A stretch of DNA of 51,623 bases from a virus. Its lineage: Duplodnaviria; Caudoviricetes. The position numbers and the translations under genes were made by a program. Shown here piece by piece: positions 7,163 through 16,025 of this stretch (within the stretch, counting starts at the first letter, position 1; each line of letters opens with the position of its first letter). The stretch is from positions 1-51,623 of IMG/VR virus record IMGVR_UViG_3300030107_005790; one strand, written 5' to 3'. The notes beneath the pieces were generated by a model. The model was not told the DNA's origin. It saw only the letters and a program-made list of their open reading frames with translations, and did no database searches.

Positions 7163-7515
7163 TTTAAGAGTCCTTTAACAGAACCGACATTATTCTTCAT
7201 AGACTTTAAATCTGCTAATAAAGAGTCAATCCTGCTACTTGTAGCTTGTGCTGTTGATAACATAGATGTATAAATCTCTGATTTCATTGCATCCATTTCT
7301 TCAGCATATTCTGTTACTCTATCACTTGTAGCTAAAAGCATTTCATTAACATCACTTTTATAGGCTACTAAATCGCCTTTTACAAGATATAGATTGTGCT
7401 TAATAACATCAATCTTTTCTTTAACATCATTGGTTACAGTGGTTACTACCACTATATTTATTGCCGACATTAGAAATAAGATACTTAATGTTATGAACAT
7501 TGATGATTTTTTCAT
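7159..7515 (-). CDS. Hypothetical membrane-anchored coiled-coil protein
   Basis: N-terminal hydrophobic segment then a heptad pattern. SD GAGG. Confidence 0.75.
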   Translation of the reverse strand: MKKSSMFITLSILFLMSAINIVVVTTVTNDVKEKIDVIKHNLYLVKGDLVAYKSDVNEMLLATSDRVTEYAEEMDAMKSEIYTSMLSTAQATSSRIDSLLADLKSMKNNVGSVKGLLK

Positions 7516-7561
7516 ATAAACCTCGCTATTATTGTTGTTGTTTTAATTAATATGAAGAAAA

Positions 7562-7607
7562 ATGCATACCACGACACTAGGCAAAAGCCTAGCATCGCAA
7601 TATACAC
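7562..7607 (-). promoter_or_regulatory. 21-bp RNA hairpin
   Basis: Minus strand GTGTATATTGCGATGCTAGGC-TTTT-GCCTAGTGTCGTGGTATGCAT gives 21 contiguous pairs, 7 of them G-U. Confidence 0.8.
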
Positions 7608-7621
7608 GCACATCCTAACTA

Positions 7622-7810
7622 TCACGCCTCTCCCTTTAGATTATCAATCTTTCTTTGTAATCTTTCATTAAAGCCTGGAGACACTTTGAGCTTGGGATGT
7701 AGCATCGCCTCTGCTATTCTATCCCATTTCTCTTTCTCTTCTTGCTCTTTAATACCATTTAAGAACCATATGAGGCCTACTAATGCATATGCAAATCCTA
7801 CTACAAACAT
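7622..7810 (-). CDS. Small membrane protein
   Basis: 62 aa, N-terminal TM, SD GGAGG, TAATG overlap with the upstream ORF. Confidence 0.7.
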   Translation of the reverse strand: MFVVGFAYALVGLIWFLNGIKEQEEKEKWDRIAEAMLHPKLKVSPGFNERLQRKIDNLKGEA

Positions 7811-7977
7811 TATTTACCTCCTTGCACGTATGTATCAACCATTCTCTTAGGCTTAACTACATAGTATTGCTTTTTAAACTCTTCTCTTGAAAGAATCTTG
7901 AGAGTTTTGCCACCTTTATCAACAATCTTTACTTTTCCAATCATTGACATATCTAGATATCTTCTTTCTTTTCTCAT
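7810..7977 (-). CDS. Small basic protein (55 aa, not in ORF track)
   Basis: MRKERRYLDMSMIGKVKIVDKGG...VQGGK. SD AAGGAG. The stop overlaps the next start. Confidence 0.65.
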   Translation of the reverse strand: MRKERRYLDMSMIGKVKIVDKGGKTLKILSREEFKKQYYVVKPKRMVDTYVQGGK

Positions 7978-8006
7978 TCTTTGCTCCTTTATTTAATAAA
8001 ATTTGT

Positions 8007-8038
8007 GTTAAGTCGCTACCTAGAGGCAACGACTTAAC
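8007..8038 (-). terminator. Hairpin, possible intrinsic terminator or processing site
   Basis: Minus strand GTTAAGTCGTTGCCT-CT-AGGTAGCGACTTAAC pairs throughout with G-U and is followed by an A/U-rich tract. Confidence 0.55.
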
Positions 8039-8080
8039 TAATATAATTATGATTATTGTATCATAAAGTTCCTTTATTTG

Positions 8081-8221
8081 CTAGGGGTTTGTGTTGTAAT
8101 ATATCGCATACAACTGTTTCTTTTTCATCTTCTTGAATCTACTAGCTTCCATAGGCCACTTACAAATAGCCCATTCAAGTAGCTGATATCTATGCTTATA
8201 AGGACATATAGCTCTATTCAT
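8081..8221 (-). CDS. Small hypothetical protein (46 aa, not in ORF track)
   Basis: MNRAICPYKHRYQLLEWAICKWP...QLYAIYYNTNP. ATGA overlap with the upstream ORF. Confidence 0.55.
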   Translation of the reverse strand: MNRAICPYKHRYQLLEWAICKWPMEASRFKKMKKKQLYAIYYNTNP

Positions 8222-8361
8222 CTCTTAGACCTATGAAATAGTTCTAATACATAACATCCTAAGTCAATAAGCCACGAAACTGCTATTACTGAAAAACATA
8301 TAAATAAATATGTCAACAATATTGCTAGTGCTAGGTAAAACATTATATCCGCGTAATGCAT
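8218..8361 (-). CDS. Small membrane protein (47 aa, not in ORF track)
   Basis: MHYADIMFYLALAILLTYLFICFSVIAVSWL..., SD AAGGAG. Confidence 0.55.
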   Translation of the reverse strand: MHYADIMFYLALAILLTYLFICFSVIAVSWLIDLGCYVLELFHRSKR

Positions 8362-8398
8362 CTATTTACTCCTTTTTTTATTTAATCAATACTTTGTT

Positions 8399-8482
8399 TA
8401 GCTTAACGCAGATAATGGCACTATTATATGATTTAAGGAGAAATACAGGGTATTGTGCAAGAGTATTATCTGCGTTAAACTA
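8399..8482 (-). repeat. Long inverted repeat / stem-loop
   Basis: TTAACGCAGATAAT (8403-8416) / ATTATCTGCGTTAA (8465-8478) is a perfect 14 bp and extends to 18 bp with one G-U on the minus strand. Confidence 0.8.
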
Positions 8483-8587
8483 TTATTAAAAATTTACATC
8501 CATTTATCCATTAGAAAGAAAGAGCACTAAACTCTACTTACATCAAAAACAAAGAGTAATCTCTGATTACGCCGAGACTTTACATCT

Positions 8588-8625
8588 TCGTGGACAGGTC
8601 CCTTTTCAGGTTCGGCTGTCCACGA
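8588..8625. repeat. Inverted repeat / hairpin
   Basis: TCGTGGACAG / CTGTCCACGA, perfect 10 bp. Confidence 0.7.
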
Positions 8626-8695
8626 TAGAATGTGCTATTGAGTACTAAAGCTAGCTATACTTCAGAGGCGAGTCTTTAGCTCGAAGGCAAAGCTA

Positions 8696-8929
8696 CTACT
8701 CGCCGTTGAACGCGTCAACTTGCTCGTCAGTAGTTCTTTGCTTTCTGATGAATGTGCAAGGCTCGTTAGTTCTGTCGCCTTCACTAATCTGTGCGTACAG
8801 GTCACATTCATCAACCATCGCTTGGATTTCAGCAGGTAGAGGCTCTGTAGTAGAGATTCTAACCCACCCTTCTCCAACTGCGATGGTGCCAAAGGTGGCT
8901 TTTAAAGCATCAAATAACTTGTTTAACAT
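8696..8929 (-). CDS. First gene of the early arm, hypothetical acidic protein
   Basis: 77 aa with a strong SD TAAGGAG upstream of the ATG. Confidence 0.7.
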   Translation of the reverse strand: MLNKLFDALKATFGTIAVGEGWVRISTTEPLPAEIQAMVDECDLYAQISEGDRTNEPCTFIRKQRTTDEQVDAFNGE

Positions 8930-8985
8930 CGTTATCTCCTTATGCTATTCACTATCATACATACCCTGTGCATGTATGGTATTAC

Positions 8986-9109
8986 TAGATAATAAGACTA
9001 GTCGCGTGCCGCGTGCACGCTCTTGGTTCCCTACTGCTCCGTTCATTGAGTGTGGCATCGTAGGGCTCAATGAATTGTATTAGTTATGTCATACTAGTCT
9101 TATTATCTA
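8986..9109. repeat. 17-bp perfect inverted repeat enclosing a GC-rich structured core
   Basis: TAGATAATAAGACTAGT (8986-9002) / ACTAGTCTTATTATCTA (9093-9109). Confidence 0.85.
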
Positions 9110-9163
9110 CAGCTAGAATAAATCTAACTGCACTACCAACAAGAGGCGGTCTTAAAGAGAGTG

Positions 9164-9254
9164 GCTAAGGCAGAGGACAGTAGCTAAGGCGGAGGCACAG
9201 ACAGCCGACACATCGTGTCTGGCTGACCGTGGTCTTGGTCTTAAGATAGACCAA
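9164..9254. repeat. Imperfect direct repeats plus two hairpins in the divergence region
   Basis: GCTAAGGCAGAGGACAG (9164) / GCTAAGGCGGAGGCACAG (9183), CAGCCGACAC-ATC-GTGTCTGGCTG, and TTGGTCT-TAAGAT-AGACCAA. Confidence 0.6.
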
Positions 9255-9367
9255 CCATGGCAAAATTCAACGGTAAGAGACCCCATAGGGCCTAATTTTG
9301 CCGGGGGGTCTATCGTGGTATATCTCAAACTCCCATTCTCGGTAAATTTTTTTAAAAATTTTTTTAC

Positions 9368-9396
9368 TTGACTTTTTGGGGTAATGTTGTTATTTT
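9368..9396 (+). promoter_or_regulatory. Sigma70-type promoter for the virion arm
   Basis: TTGACT-N17-TATTTT with an extended -10 TGn and an A/T-tract (UP-like) at 9344-9366. Confidence 0.6.
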
Positions 9397-9404
9397 CTTA
9401 CTCT

Positions 9405-9433
9405 AAGTAGGCTACTTACATAGGCTACTTACA
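9405..9433. repeat. 13-bp tandem repeat overlapping a palindrome, possible operator
   Basis: TAGGCTACTTACA x2 (9408-9433) and AAGTAG-G-CTACTT (9405-9417), just downstream of the predicted promoter. Confidence 0.65.
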
Positions 9434-9512
9434 TTACACTTAGTTTTTTAATAAGAGATACCCTCTTCGGTACTCTTATAGTAACTCTCTTCGAAGGCTC
9501 TTAGAGGTACCT

Positions 9513-10517
9513 ATGGATGTTATTGTATTTTACGTATTTATGGTACTAGGAGCTACTTATCTTGATGAAGGTGGCCCTAATAAGGATTCCTACGCTTGTC
9601 CCGTATATTGTGCTGTAAATCACAAACATCTTGCATTTAAGGATACTACAGTTGTATATTCCAATATGGCTAAAAATGACAATACAGGGTTCTTAAGCGG
9701 GTTATTTAACCTTATTGGAGGTAAACAGGGTACTGAGATAGATGCTCTTCCAGTAGGTGAATCTAGCTTAGATAACCTAAAAGAAATGCAAAGAAATAGA
9801 GGTAGTTTTTTAGATAACTATCAAGATGCTAAGGAAGCTCAAGTAGCAGCGGTTACTGATATGAGGAATGAAGGTGTATCAGAAGATATTATTGCTAGTG
9901 TAATGCCTAAAAGTGATAAGGCTTTTGAGACTATAGCTCCTGATAATACTAAGGTTGATATGCTTGTAAGTGAGGCTACTAGAGATATTACCAAGCCTAT
10001 GGATATGGCTGATGTATGGGGAGCTGTTTATCAAAGTGAATCAGATACTGATAAAATGGACTTATTTAGAGAGCATCAAGAGACCTTTAAAGACCCTTAT
10101 AAAAAGGAATCTTTGCATAATATTAGCAATGTTTCTGATATAGCTGGGGATGTTTTCCATGGAGATGAAGGCATATCTGGTAAGAAATTAGCAGATATAC
10201 TCTATGCTACTGGTGTTCACGAAAGTGGAGGGGGCAAATGGGATAGGCAGAAAGGAGGTGGTCCTGCATTGGGTTATTTCCAAGTAGAGCCAAAAACAGC
10301 TAAAGATTTAATAAAAAATTCTTCAGCATATTTCGGTCCTAAGGCTAAGTCCCATTTTAAAAGCATTTTAGGGAAAGATGTTAATCTATCAAATATATCA
10401 GATAAAGATTTAGAGTCGTTATTAATGAGTGATATAGGAAGTGCTATATTTGCAGGGGCTAAATACTTAGCTGGAGCTAAGGCAAAGGGCTCTGCTTACC
10501 TAGATTATTTAAAATAA
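9513..10517 (+). CDS. Protein with a C-terminal lysozyme/lytic-transglycosylase-like domain (alternative start 9666)
   Basis: TGVHESGGG...RQKGGGPALGYFQVEPKTAKD, with the catalytic ES and GxxQ motifs of the lysozyme-like fold. Confidence 0.7.
   Translation: MDVIVFYVFMVLGATYLDEGGPNKDSYACPVYCAVNHKHLAFKDTTVVYSNMAKNDNTGFLSGLFNLIGGKQGTEIDALPVGESSLDNLKEMQRNRGSFLDNYQDAKEAQVAAVTDMRNEGVSEDIIASVMPKSDKAFETIAPDNTKVDMLVSEATRDITKPMDMADVWGAVYQSESDTDKMDLFREHQETFKDPYKKESLHNISNVSDIAGDVFHGDEGISGKKLADILYATGVHESGGGKWDRQKGGGPALGYFQVEPKTAKDLIKNSSAYFGPKAKSHFKSILGKDVNLSNISDKDLESLLMSDIGSAIFAGAKYLAGAKAKGSAYLDYLK
9631..9660 (+). promoter_or_regulatory. Possible internal sigma70-type promoter just before ATG 9666
   Basis: TTGCAT-N18-TATATT, 5 nt before ATG GCT AAA. 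Confidence 0.35.
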
Positions 10518-10520
10518 TTA

Positions 10521-11279
10521 ATGTATACCATAAATATTAAACATAAAGACAAAGGTCTTACTACTTATACCGTGTATAAGAAAGAAGAGGCTGATGAAAA
10601 AGGCATTGCTTATAAAAAATGGCAGGATGCCGATAAGGGTGAGTATGGAATATCAGACGATGAGTACGTGGCAAAGGTTATATCTAGACGAATTTATAAA
10701 ACAAGCAACGGTAGGAAGAATGTATATCTAAGATTTCCTTGGGGATACACGTTTTATAACCCTAAAGGGAATACAAAGCCTTTAAAGGTTAAGGGAAGAA
10801 AGGCTAATAACACCATGTCTGGCAAGAGATACATAGAAGTACAAGCAAAGCAGGATAAAATGAAGAATTTAGCGACTATGTTCGCTATTAAACCCGACTA
10901 TGACATTGCTATAGAATGGGCTCTTGGCGAAGTAGAGAGCTGGGAGAAGAAAAAGTGGAAAAGAACCATGAAAACGGAGGTATTTAAGGGTATGGTTAGA
11001 GAAGAACTGGTTAAATTGCTTACTGAGCATGGTATGACAGAGGATTATACACTTAATCTTCTAGAAGAGACAATACAATTAGCAAAATCAAAGAAAGATG
11101 TTACAAATCTTATGAGAGGTATAGAAAATCTACAGGATATGCACGGTATGAAGGAAAAACACCTTGTTAAGACTACCGACAAGCTAGAAGCACATAGCAG
11201 TGCAGAGCTTATTGATGATATTGTAAAAGAGGAGAAAACCTTATTAGCACAGAGAACTACTGAGTCTAGTAAGGAATAA
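10521..11279 (+). CDS. Probable terminase small subunit
   Basis: Translationally coupled to TerL (TAATG). The C-terminal helical hairpin LEETIQLAKSKKDVTNLMRGIENLQDMHGM is TerS-like. Confidence 0.55.
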   Translation: MYTINIKHKDKGLTTYTVYKKEEADEKGIAYKKWQDADKGEYGISDDEYVAKVISRRIYKTSNGRKNVYLRFPWGYTFYNPKGNTKPLKVKGRKANNTMSGKRYIEVQAKQDKMKNLATMFAIKPDYDIAIEWALGEVESWEKKKWKRTMKTEVFKGMVREELVKLLTEHGMTEDYTLNLLEETIQLAKSKKDVTNLMRGIENLQDMHGMKEKHLVKTTDKLEAHSSAELIDDIVKEEKTLLAQRTTESSKE

Positions 11280-12775
11280 TGAATTACGAAGAGCTATATG
11301 CGAAGAAACAGTCCTTAAAGAAGTTAAAGGACAACATGGCACTGTTTGGAAGAATCTGCTTCCCTACCGCCCTCCGCAAAGCAACCCCTCCGTTTCATAT
11401 AAATATATATGGGGCCCTTCGAAACGACAACGACAAGAGAGTTTTAATAGCTGCACCTAGAGGAACGGCTAAGAGCACTGTTACTACTCTCATTTACCCA
11501 CTATATAGGACAGCTTTTAAAGCTTCAGACGAAGGATTGTTCATTGTAATCATATCTGAGTCACAAGCACAGTCTATTAACTTCCTATCTAGAATAAAGT
11601 ATCATTTAATACATAGTGACAAATTTAAGGCTTTATTTGGGGATATGGGTCCAAATACCGCTACTAGATGGACAAATACCGATATTGTCCTTGCTAATGG
11701 TACTCGTATGGTAGCAGTTGGTACTGGACAAAGAGTTAGGGGATTCCTAGAGGGAGATACTCGTCCTAACCTAATTATAGTAGATGACTTTGAATCAGAG
11801 CTAAATGCCTTTACACCAGAGGCTAGAGCTAAGAATAGAAAGTGGATTACCGAAGCTGTTATACCTTCGTTATCAGATGATGGTAAAATAGCTATGATAG
11901 GAACGGTAATATCGGAAGATTGCTTCCTTTATTGGGCAAAAGAGTCCTCATCGTGGAAATGCTTATGGTATTCCATCTGGGACGAGGAAGAGAAGAGTAT
12001 ATGGCCTGAGAGATTCCCAAGAGAGAGAATCTTACAAATTAAGTCAGAATTTGAGGCAGTAGGCAACTTGAATGGATTCTATCAAGAATACATGAATATA
12101 GCTCAATCTCCTGATAATGCACCCTTTAAACCTGAATGGATAAAGTTGCATCATTACGACTTTGAGAGAATTAACGGCCAGAACTGTCTGGTAAGAGAGG
12201 TAGAAGATGAAAGAAAAATTATCCCTATTGAAGTCTATAGTGGTGTTGACCCCGCTAGTTCTTTGGCGTCTCATGCAGACTTCTTTGTCATTACTACTAT
12301 CGGGATTGACAGTGACAACAATAAGTATATCTTGGATTGTTATAGAAAGCGCATCTCGCCTGCGGAACAGCCTGATATCATTATTGAGACGTTTAAGAAG
12401 TTTAGGCCCAGAAGAATGAAGATTGAGACTGTTGGGTATCAAGAGGCACTTCGTACTGCTACTAAAGAGCTTATGTTAAAGAACAATTTATATATACCTG
12501 GGCTAGAGAAGGGTGTAAAGCCCAGAAATAGAAAGAGTGAGAGACTTTTATCTTTAGTGCCTATGTTCGCAAAGAAGCAGTTTTTCTTTAGACCTGAAGA
12601 TATGATACCACAGCAAGAGTTCCTTTCTTATCCAAAAGGAAAGCACGATGATGTAATGGATAGCGTTTGGACAGCACTAGAGGGTGCAAAGCCTTGTAGA
12701 AAGAAGAGTTTTGACCCTGAAAAGAAAGAAAAAGATAGCTTTACAAAAAAAGTACTTGACTGGATGATACAATAA
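11279..12775 (+). CDS. terL: Terminase large subunit
   Basis: APRGTAKST Walker A, VRG, IIVDDFE Walker B, IGT coupling motif, QEYMN, and nuclease residues GVDPA and HDDVMDS. Confidence 0.96.
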   Translation: MNYEELYAKKQSLKKLKDNMALFGRICFPTALRKATPPFHINIYGALRNDNDKRVLIAAPRGTAKSTVTTLIYPLYRTAFKASDEGLFIVIISESQAQSINFLSRIKYHLIHSDKFKALFGDMGPNTATRWTNTDIVLANGTRMVAVGTGQRVRGFLEGDTRPNLIIVDDFESELNAFTPEARAKNRKWITEAVIPSLSDDGKIAMIGTVISEDCFLYWAKESSSWKCLWYSIWDEEEKSIWPERFPRERILQIKSEFEAVGNLNGFYQEYMNIAQSPDNAPFKPEWIKLHHYDFERINGQNCLVREVEDERKIIPIEVYSGVDPASSLASHADFFVITTIGIDSDNNKYILDCYRKRISPAEQPDIIIETFKKFRPRRMKIETVGYQEALRTATKELMLKNNLYIPGLEKGVKPRNRKSERLLSLVPMFAKKQFFFRPEDMIPQQEFLSYPKGKHDDVMDSVWTALEGAKPCRKKSFDPEKKEKDSFTKKVLDWMIQ

Positions 12776-12791
12776 CAACTAATTTACGCTG

Positions 12792-14996
12792 ATGGCCTAC
12801 GACCAAAATAATAAAAAAGATAAAGCCCAAGAGACGAGAGACCTTTTTAAGAAGTATAGCCTTAATCGAGAGACGTGGGCTAAACATGCTCAAGAAGATG
12901 ATGAGTTTCGTTTGGGTAAACAATGGACTGCAGAGCAGAGACGGGTTCTCGAATCTAGAGGACAAGCTCCTATTGTAGTTAATAGGATACATCCTGCTGT
13001 AGAAGCAGCTAAATCTATGATAACCGCTAATAGACCTTCCTTTAGGTGCTCACCTAGAGAGGATTCTGACAGGAAAGTAGCAAATGTAATGTCTGCTTTA
13101 TTATCGTATATGTACGATATATCCGATGGAAGGACTGTTATAAGGAATGTAGTTGATGATTACTATGTAAAAGGTTTGGGTTATATTAATGTTTACCAAG
13201 ACCCTATGATGGACATGGGCAAAGGTGAAGTATGTATACATGACGTTGACCCGCTCGATGTATACGTAGACCCTAACTCTAGACATAGAATGTTTGATGA
13301 TGCAGAAAATATTATAGTATCTAGGCTGTATACTCGTGACCAAGCTAAAAAGCTCTATCCTATGTATGAAAAGGCTATATCAAACGCAGCTCAAGATGAG
13401 TTTGATACAGATAGACCCTCAACCGACAGGGAAGATGATGGAATTGCATCATTTCCAGAAGATACAGTTACTCAAACATATTCTAACCCGTGGGGAGAGA
13501 ATGATGAGTATATCAGAGGATATGAAAGATATTATAAGATTATGGTCAATAGGTATAGAATCTTTGAGAAATTCTCTGGAAAAGAGGATTTATTAGTAGC
13601 AGATGAATTTAATGCTTACATACAAAGACCTGCATGGGTTGTACAAGGACAACCTATTTTAGATGAGAATAAAGCTAAAGAGCTTATAGCTCAACTTGAA
13701 ATGCAATTAGCACAACAATATGAAATAATTGCTCAAGAAGCTCTAAGTAAGGGCATCAAGGTAGATGACCTACCTGCGCCTCCTAAGTTAGATGTAAAAG
13801 AAGTAAACGTAGACTTTCTTGTAAAGAATAACTTTATTGAAGTAGCGCAGACTCAGGTACAAAGAGTTCATATGTGCGTCATAATGGGTGATAAGTTACT
13901 ATACGAAAGAGAACTTCCAATTGAAAATTACCCTATTGTCCCGTTCGCGAACATACACACTCGCACACCATTCCCTGTTTCAGATGTACGAATGGTTAAG
14001 AATATGCAGGAATATATTAATAAAACTAGGTCGCTAATAGTAGCACATGCTACTACAGCTACCAATGTAAAGATTTTAGTCCCCGAGGGTAGCGTGGATA
14101 TGAAAGACTTTGAAGAGAAATGGGCACAGCCAGGAGTAGCAATATCTGTAGATATGGATAATGGTGCTCCTATGCCTGTACAGCCCTTACCTCTTCCTAA
14201 TGAATTGTACCAAAACGAGATAACTGCTAAAAATGATATTGACCATCAACTAGGACTATATGAAATGATGATGGGTAACACACAAGCAGCTCCACAAACA
14301 TACAAGGCTACTATCAGTCTTGATGAATTTGGTCAAAGAAAAATTAAATCTAAATTAGCTGATATTGAAGCTGGCTTAACTAGGGTAGCCCAAGTAGCCA
14401 TACCTTTAATGCAGCAACTGTATAACACTCAAAAGGTTATTAGGCTTGTTAATCCTAATAATTCTATGAATGAGTATGTAATGAATAAAAGGCTTTACGA
14501 TGATAAAACTGGTGAAGCTAAAGTCATTAATGATATTACAGTAGGAAAATATGATGTTATCGTGGTGGCAGGTTCAACCTTACCCACAAATCGATACGCA
14601 GAACTTGAGTTCTATATGGATGCTTATTCTAAAGGACTTATTGATAGGCAAGAAGTTCTTAAGAAGACTGAGGTGTTTGACATTGAGGGTGTTATGCAAC
14701 GAACTGATACTATTCAGCAGTTGCAACAACAACTTCAAGGCTCTCAGGAAGAAATAAAGAAACTCAAGGGTGATTTACAGACTCGTGATAGAGAAGCTGT
14801 AAATCTAAGAAAGAAAATGGCGGTTAACAAGGTAGAAACTGAACTTGATAAAGTTAAAAACAAATCTCAAGCAGCAGGGACTATTTACGAGAAACGCCTT
14901 GACGATATGCTTGCTGGCATAAAAAAACAAGTCGCAACTGCGATTAAAGACATGAGCTCACCTTCCCCCAGCAAGGAAGCAGCCAAAAAAAAGTAA
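12792..14996 (+). CDS. Portal protein (P22-like, with C-terminal coiled-coil barrel)
   Basis: Follows TerL. GKQW...RGQAPIVVNRI, VDPLDVYVDP, YPIVPF, VRMVKNMQEYINK, DITVGKYDV, and a C-terminal coiled coil. Confidence 0.92.
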   Translation: MAYDQNNKKDKAQETRDLFKKYSLNRETWAKHAQEDDEFRLGKQWTAEQRRVLESRGQAPIVVNRIHPAVEAAKSMITANRPSFRCSPREDSDRKVANVMSALLSYMYDISDGRTVIRNVVDDYYVKGLGYINVYQDPMMDMGKGEVCIHDVDPLDVYVDPNSRHRMFDDAENIIVSRLYTRDQAKKLYPMYEKAISNAAQDEFDTDRPSTDREDDGIASFPEDTVTQTYSNPWGENDEYIRGYERYYKIMVNRYRIFEKFSGKEDLLVADEFNAYIQRPAWVVQGQPILDENKAKELIAQLEMQLAQQYEIIAQEALSKGIKVDDLPAPPKLDVKEVNVDFLVKNNFIEVAQTQVQRVHMCVIMGDKLLYERELPIENYPIVPFANIHTRTPFPVSDVRMVKNMQEYINKTRSLIVAHATTATNVKILVPEGSVDMKDFEEKWAQPGVAISVDMDNGAPMPVQPLPLPNELYQNEITAKNDIDHQLGLYEMMMGNTQAAPQTYKATISLDEFGQRKIKSKLADIEAGLTRVAQVAIPLMQQLYNTQKVIRLVNPNNSMNEYVMNKRLYDDKTGEAKVINDITVGKYDVIVVAGSTLPTNRYAELEFYMDAYSKGLIDRQEVLKKTEVFDIEGVMQRTDTIQQLQQQLQGSQEEIKKLKGDLQTRDREAVNLRKKMAVNKVETELDKVKNKSQAAGTIYEKRLDDMLAGIKKQVATAIKDMSSPSPSKEAAKKK

Positions 14997-15005
14997 GGAG
15001 TTTAT

Positions 15006-15965
15006 ATGGAAATTGACAATGTACAGGACACCCCTCAGAATGCTAATCCAGGCAACGCTGATAATGCGTTTGAACCGGCTCAAGCTAACGAAGGCTCCTC
15101 GAGCGAATTTTCCGTTGACGATATCATTCTAGGAAAGACGGAAGCAGCTGACGAAGTATTCGCCACACCTGCGCAGGAAACAGAAGTTCAACCACAGCAA
15201 GAGCAACAGCAAGATTTTACACCTCCAGCCCCAGAACAGCCAGTGGACGCTAAAAACGATGATACTCGTTTTCAGTATTGGCAGTCAAGAGCTGCAAGAT
15301 TAGAAAATCAGTTGAAAAATGTAGAGACCCAGCAAATGCAAGCACAACAACAGCAAGCTGCAGTCCCTCAAGCTCCAGCCAAGGAAGAATTTCCAGCTCC
15401 GCCAGATAAGCCTGAAAAACCAAGGCACTTTAGTAGAGAAGAAGCTTATACTGATAGTACAAGCGATTCTGCTAAGTACCTTGATGAGATGGATGACTGG
15501 AGAGATAACATGGATGAGTACAATCAGCTGAAGCATCATTATGAGATTGCTACTGTTAAAGAAAGTATGCAAGCCCAAGAAAAAGCTCGTCAAGAGGATA
15601 TTCGAAGGCGTCAAGCATATGCACAACAGCAGAAGCAGGTTCATGATGTTAAACAGTATGTACAGAAATCACATGGCTTTAGTCCTGACCAAGCTAATCA
15701 GTTTGTAAAGGAAATGGCCTCTCCTGAATCAATAACAATGGATAATTTGGTACAATTGTGGAGATTTCAACAAGGACAACAAACTCCTCAAGCTGCACCT
15801 GCACAGCCTTCTCAAGCTTTTCAGCAAGAGAAAAGGGCTGCACAGGTTCCATCACCAATGGGCGTAATGCCCTCGGCTGGTGGACAGACTGATGGACGCT
15901 CTACAGAAGACCAGATTATGGACACAATGATAGGGGATTTTAATAATAAAAATCCCTGGAAATAA
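15006..15965 (+). CDS. Capsid scaffolding protein
   Basis: Acidic, Q/P-rich and helical. Lies between the portal and capsid genes. SD AAGGAG. Confidence 0.75.
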   Translation: MEIDNVQDTPQNANPGNADNAFEPAQANEGSSSEFSVDDIILGKTEAADEVFATPAQETEVQPQQEQQQDFTPPAPEQPVDAKNDDTRFQYWQSRAARLENQLKNVETQQMQAQQQQAAVPQAPAKEEFPAPPDKPEKPRHFSREEAYTDSTSDSAKYLDEMDDWRDNMDEYNQLKHHYEIATVKESMQAQEKARQEDIRRRQAYAQQQKQVHDVKQYVQKSHGFSPDQANQFVKEMASPESITMDNLVQLWRFQQGQQTPQAAPAQPSQAFQQEKRAAQVPSPMGVMPSAGGQTDGRSTEDQIMDTMIGDFNNKNPWK

Positions 15966-16025
15966 TCGCCCTACTTGAAGGCCTAAAGGGTAGTTGATAG
16001 AGGGTAAAACAAAGAGGTAATATAA

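Noticed and set aside
9006-9074. HDV-like ribozyme (7-bp helix starting with G-U plus nested pairings)
   Set aside because: No P1.1, P4 or J4/2 catalytic-C segment could be placed in the required order.
8662-9083. ORFs 8662..8892 (-) and 8706..9083 (+)
   Set aside because: They overlap ORF 8696..8929, which has the strong SD. The plus ORF also runs through the structured inverted-repeat element.
9164-9433. Short direct repeats as a mini CRISPR array
   Set aside because: Only two copies each, adjacent or nearly so, with no spacer-length unique sequences and no cas operon.
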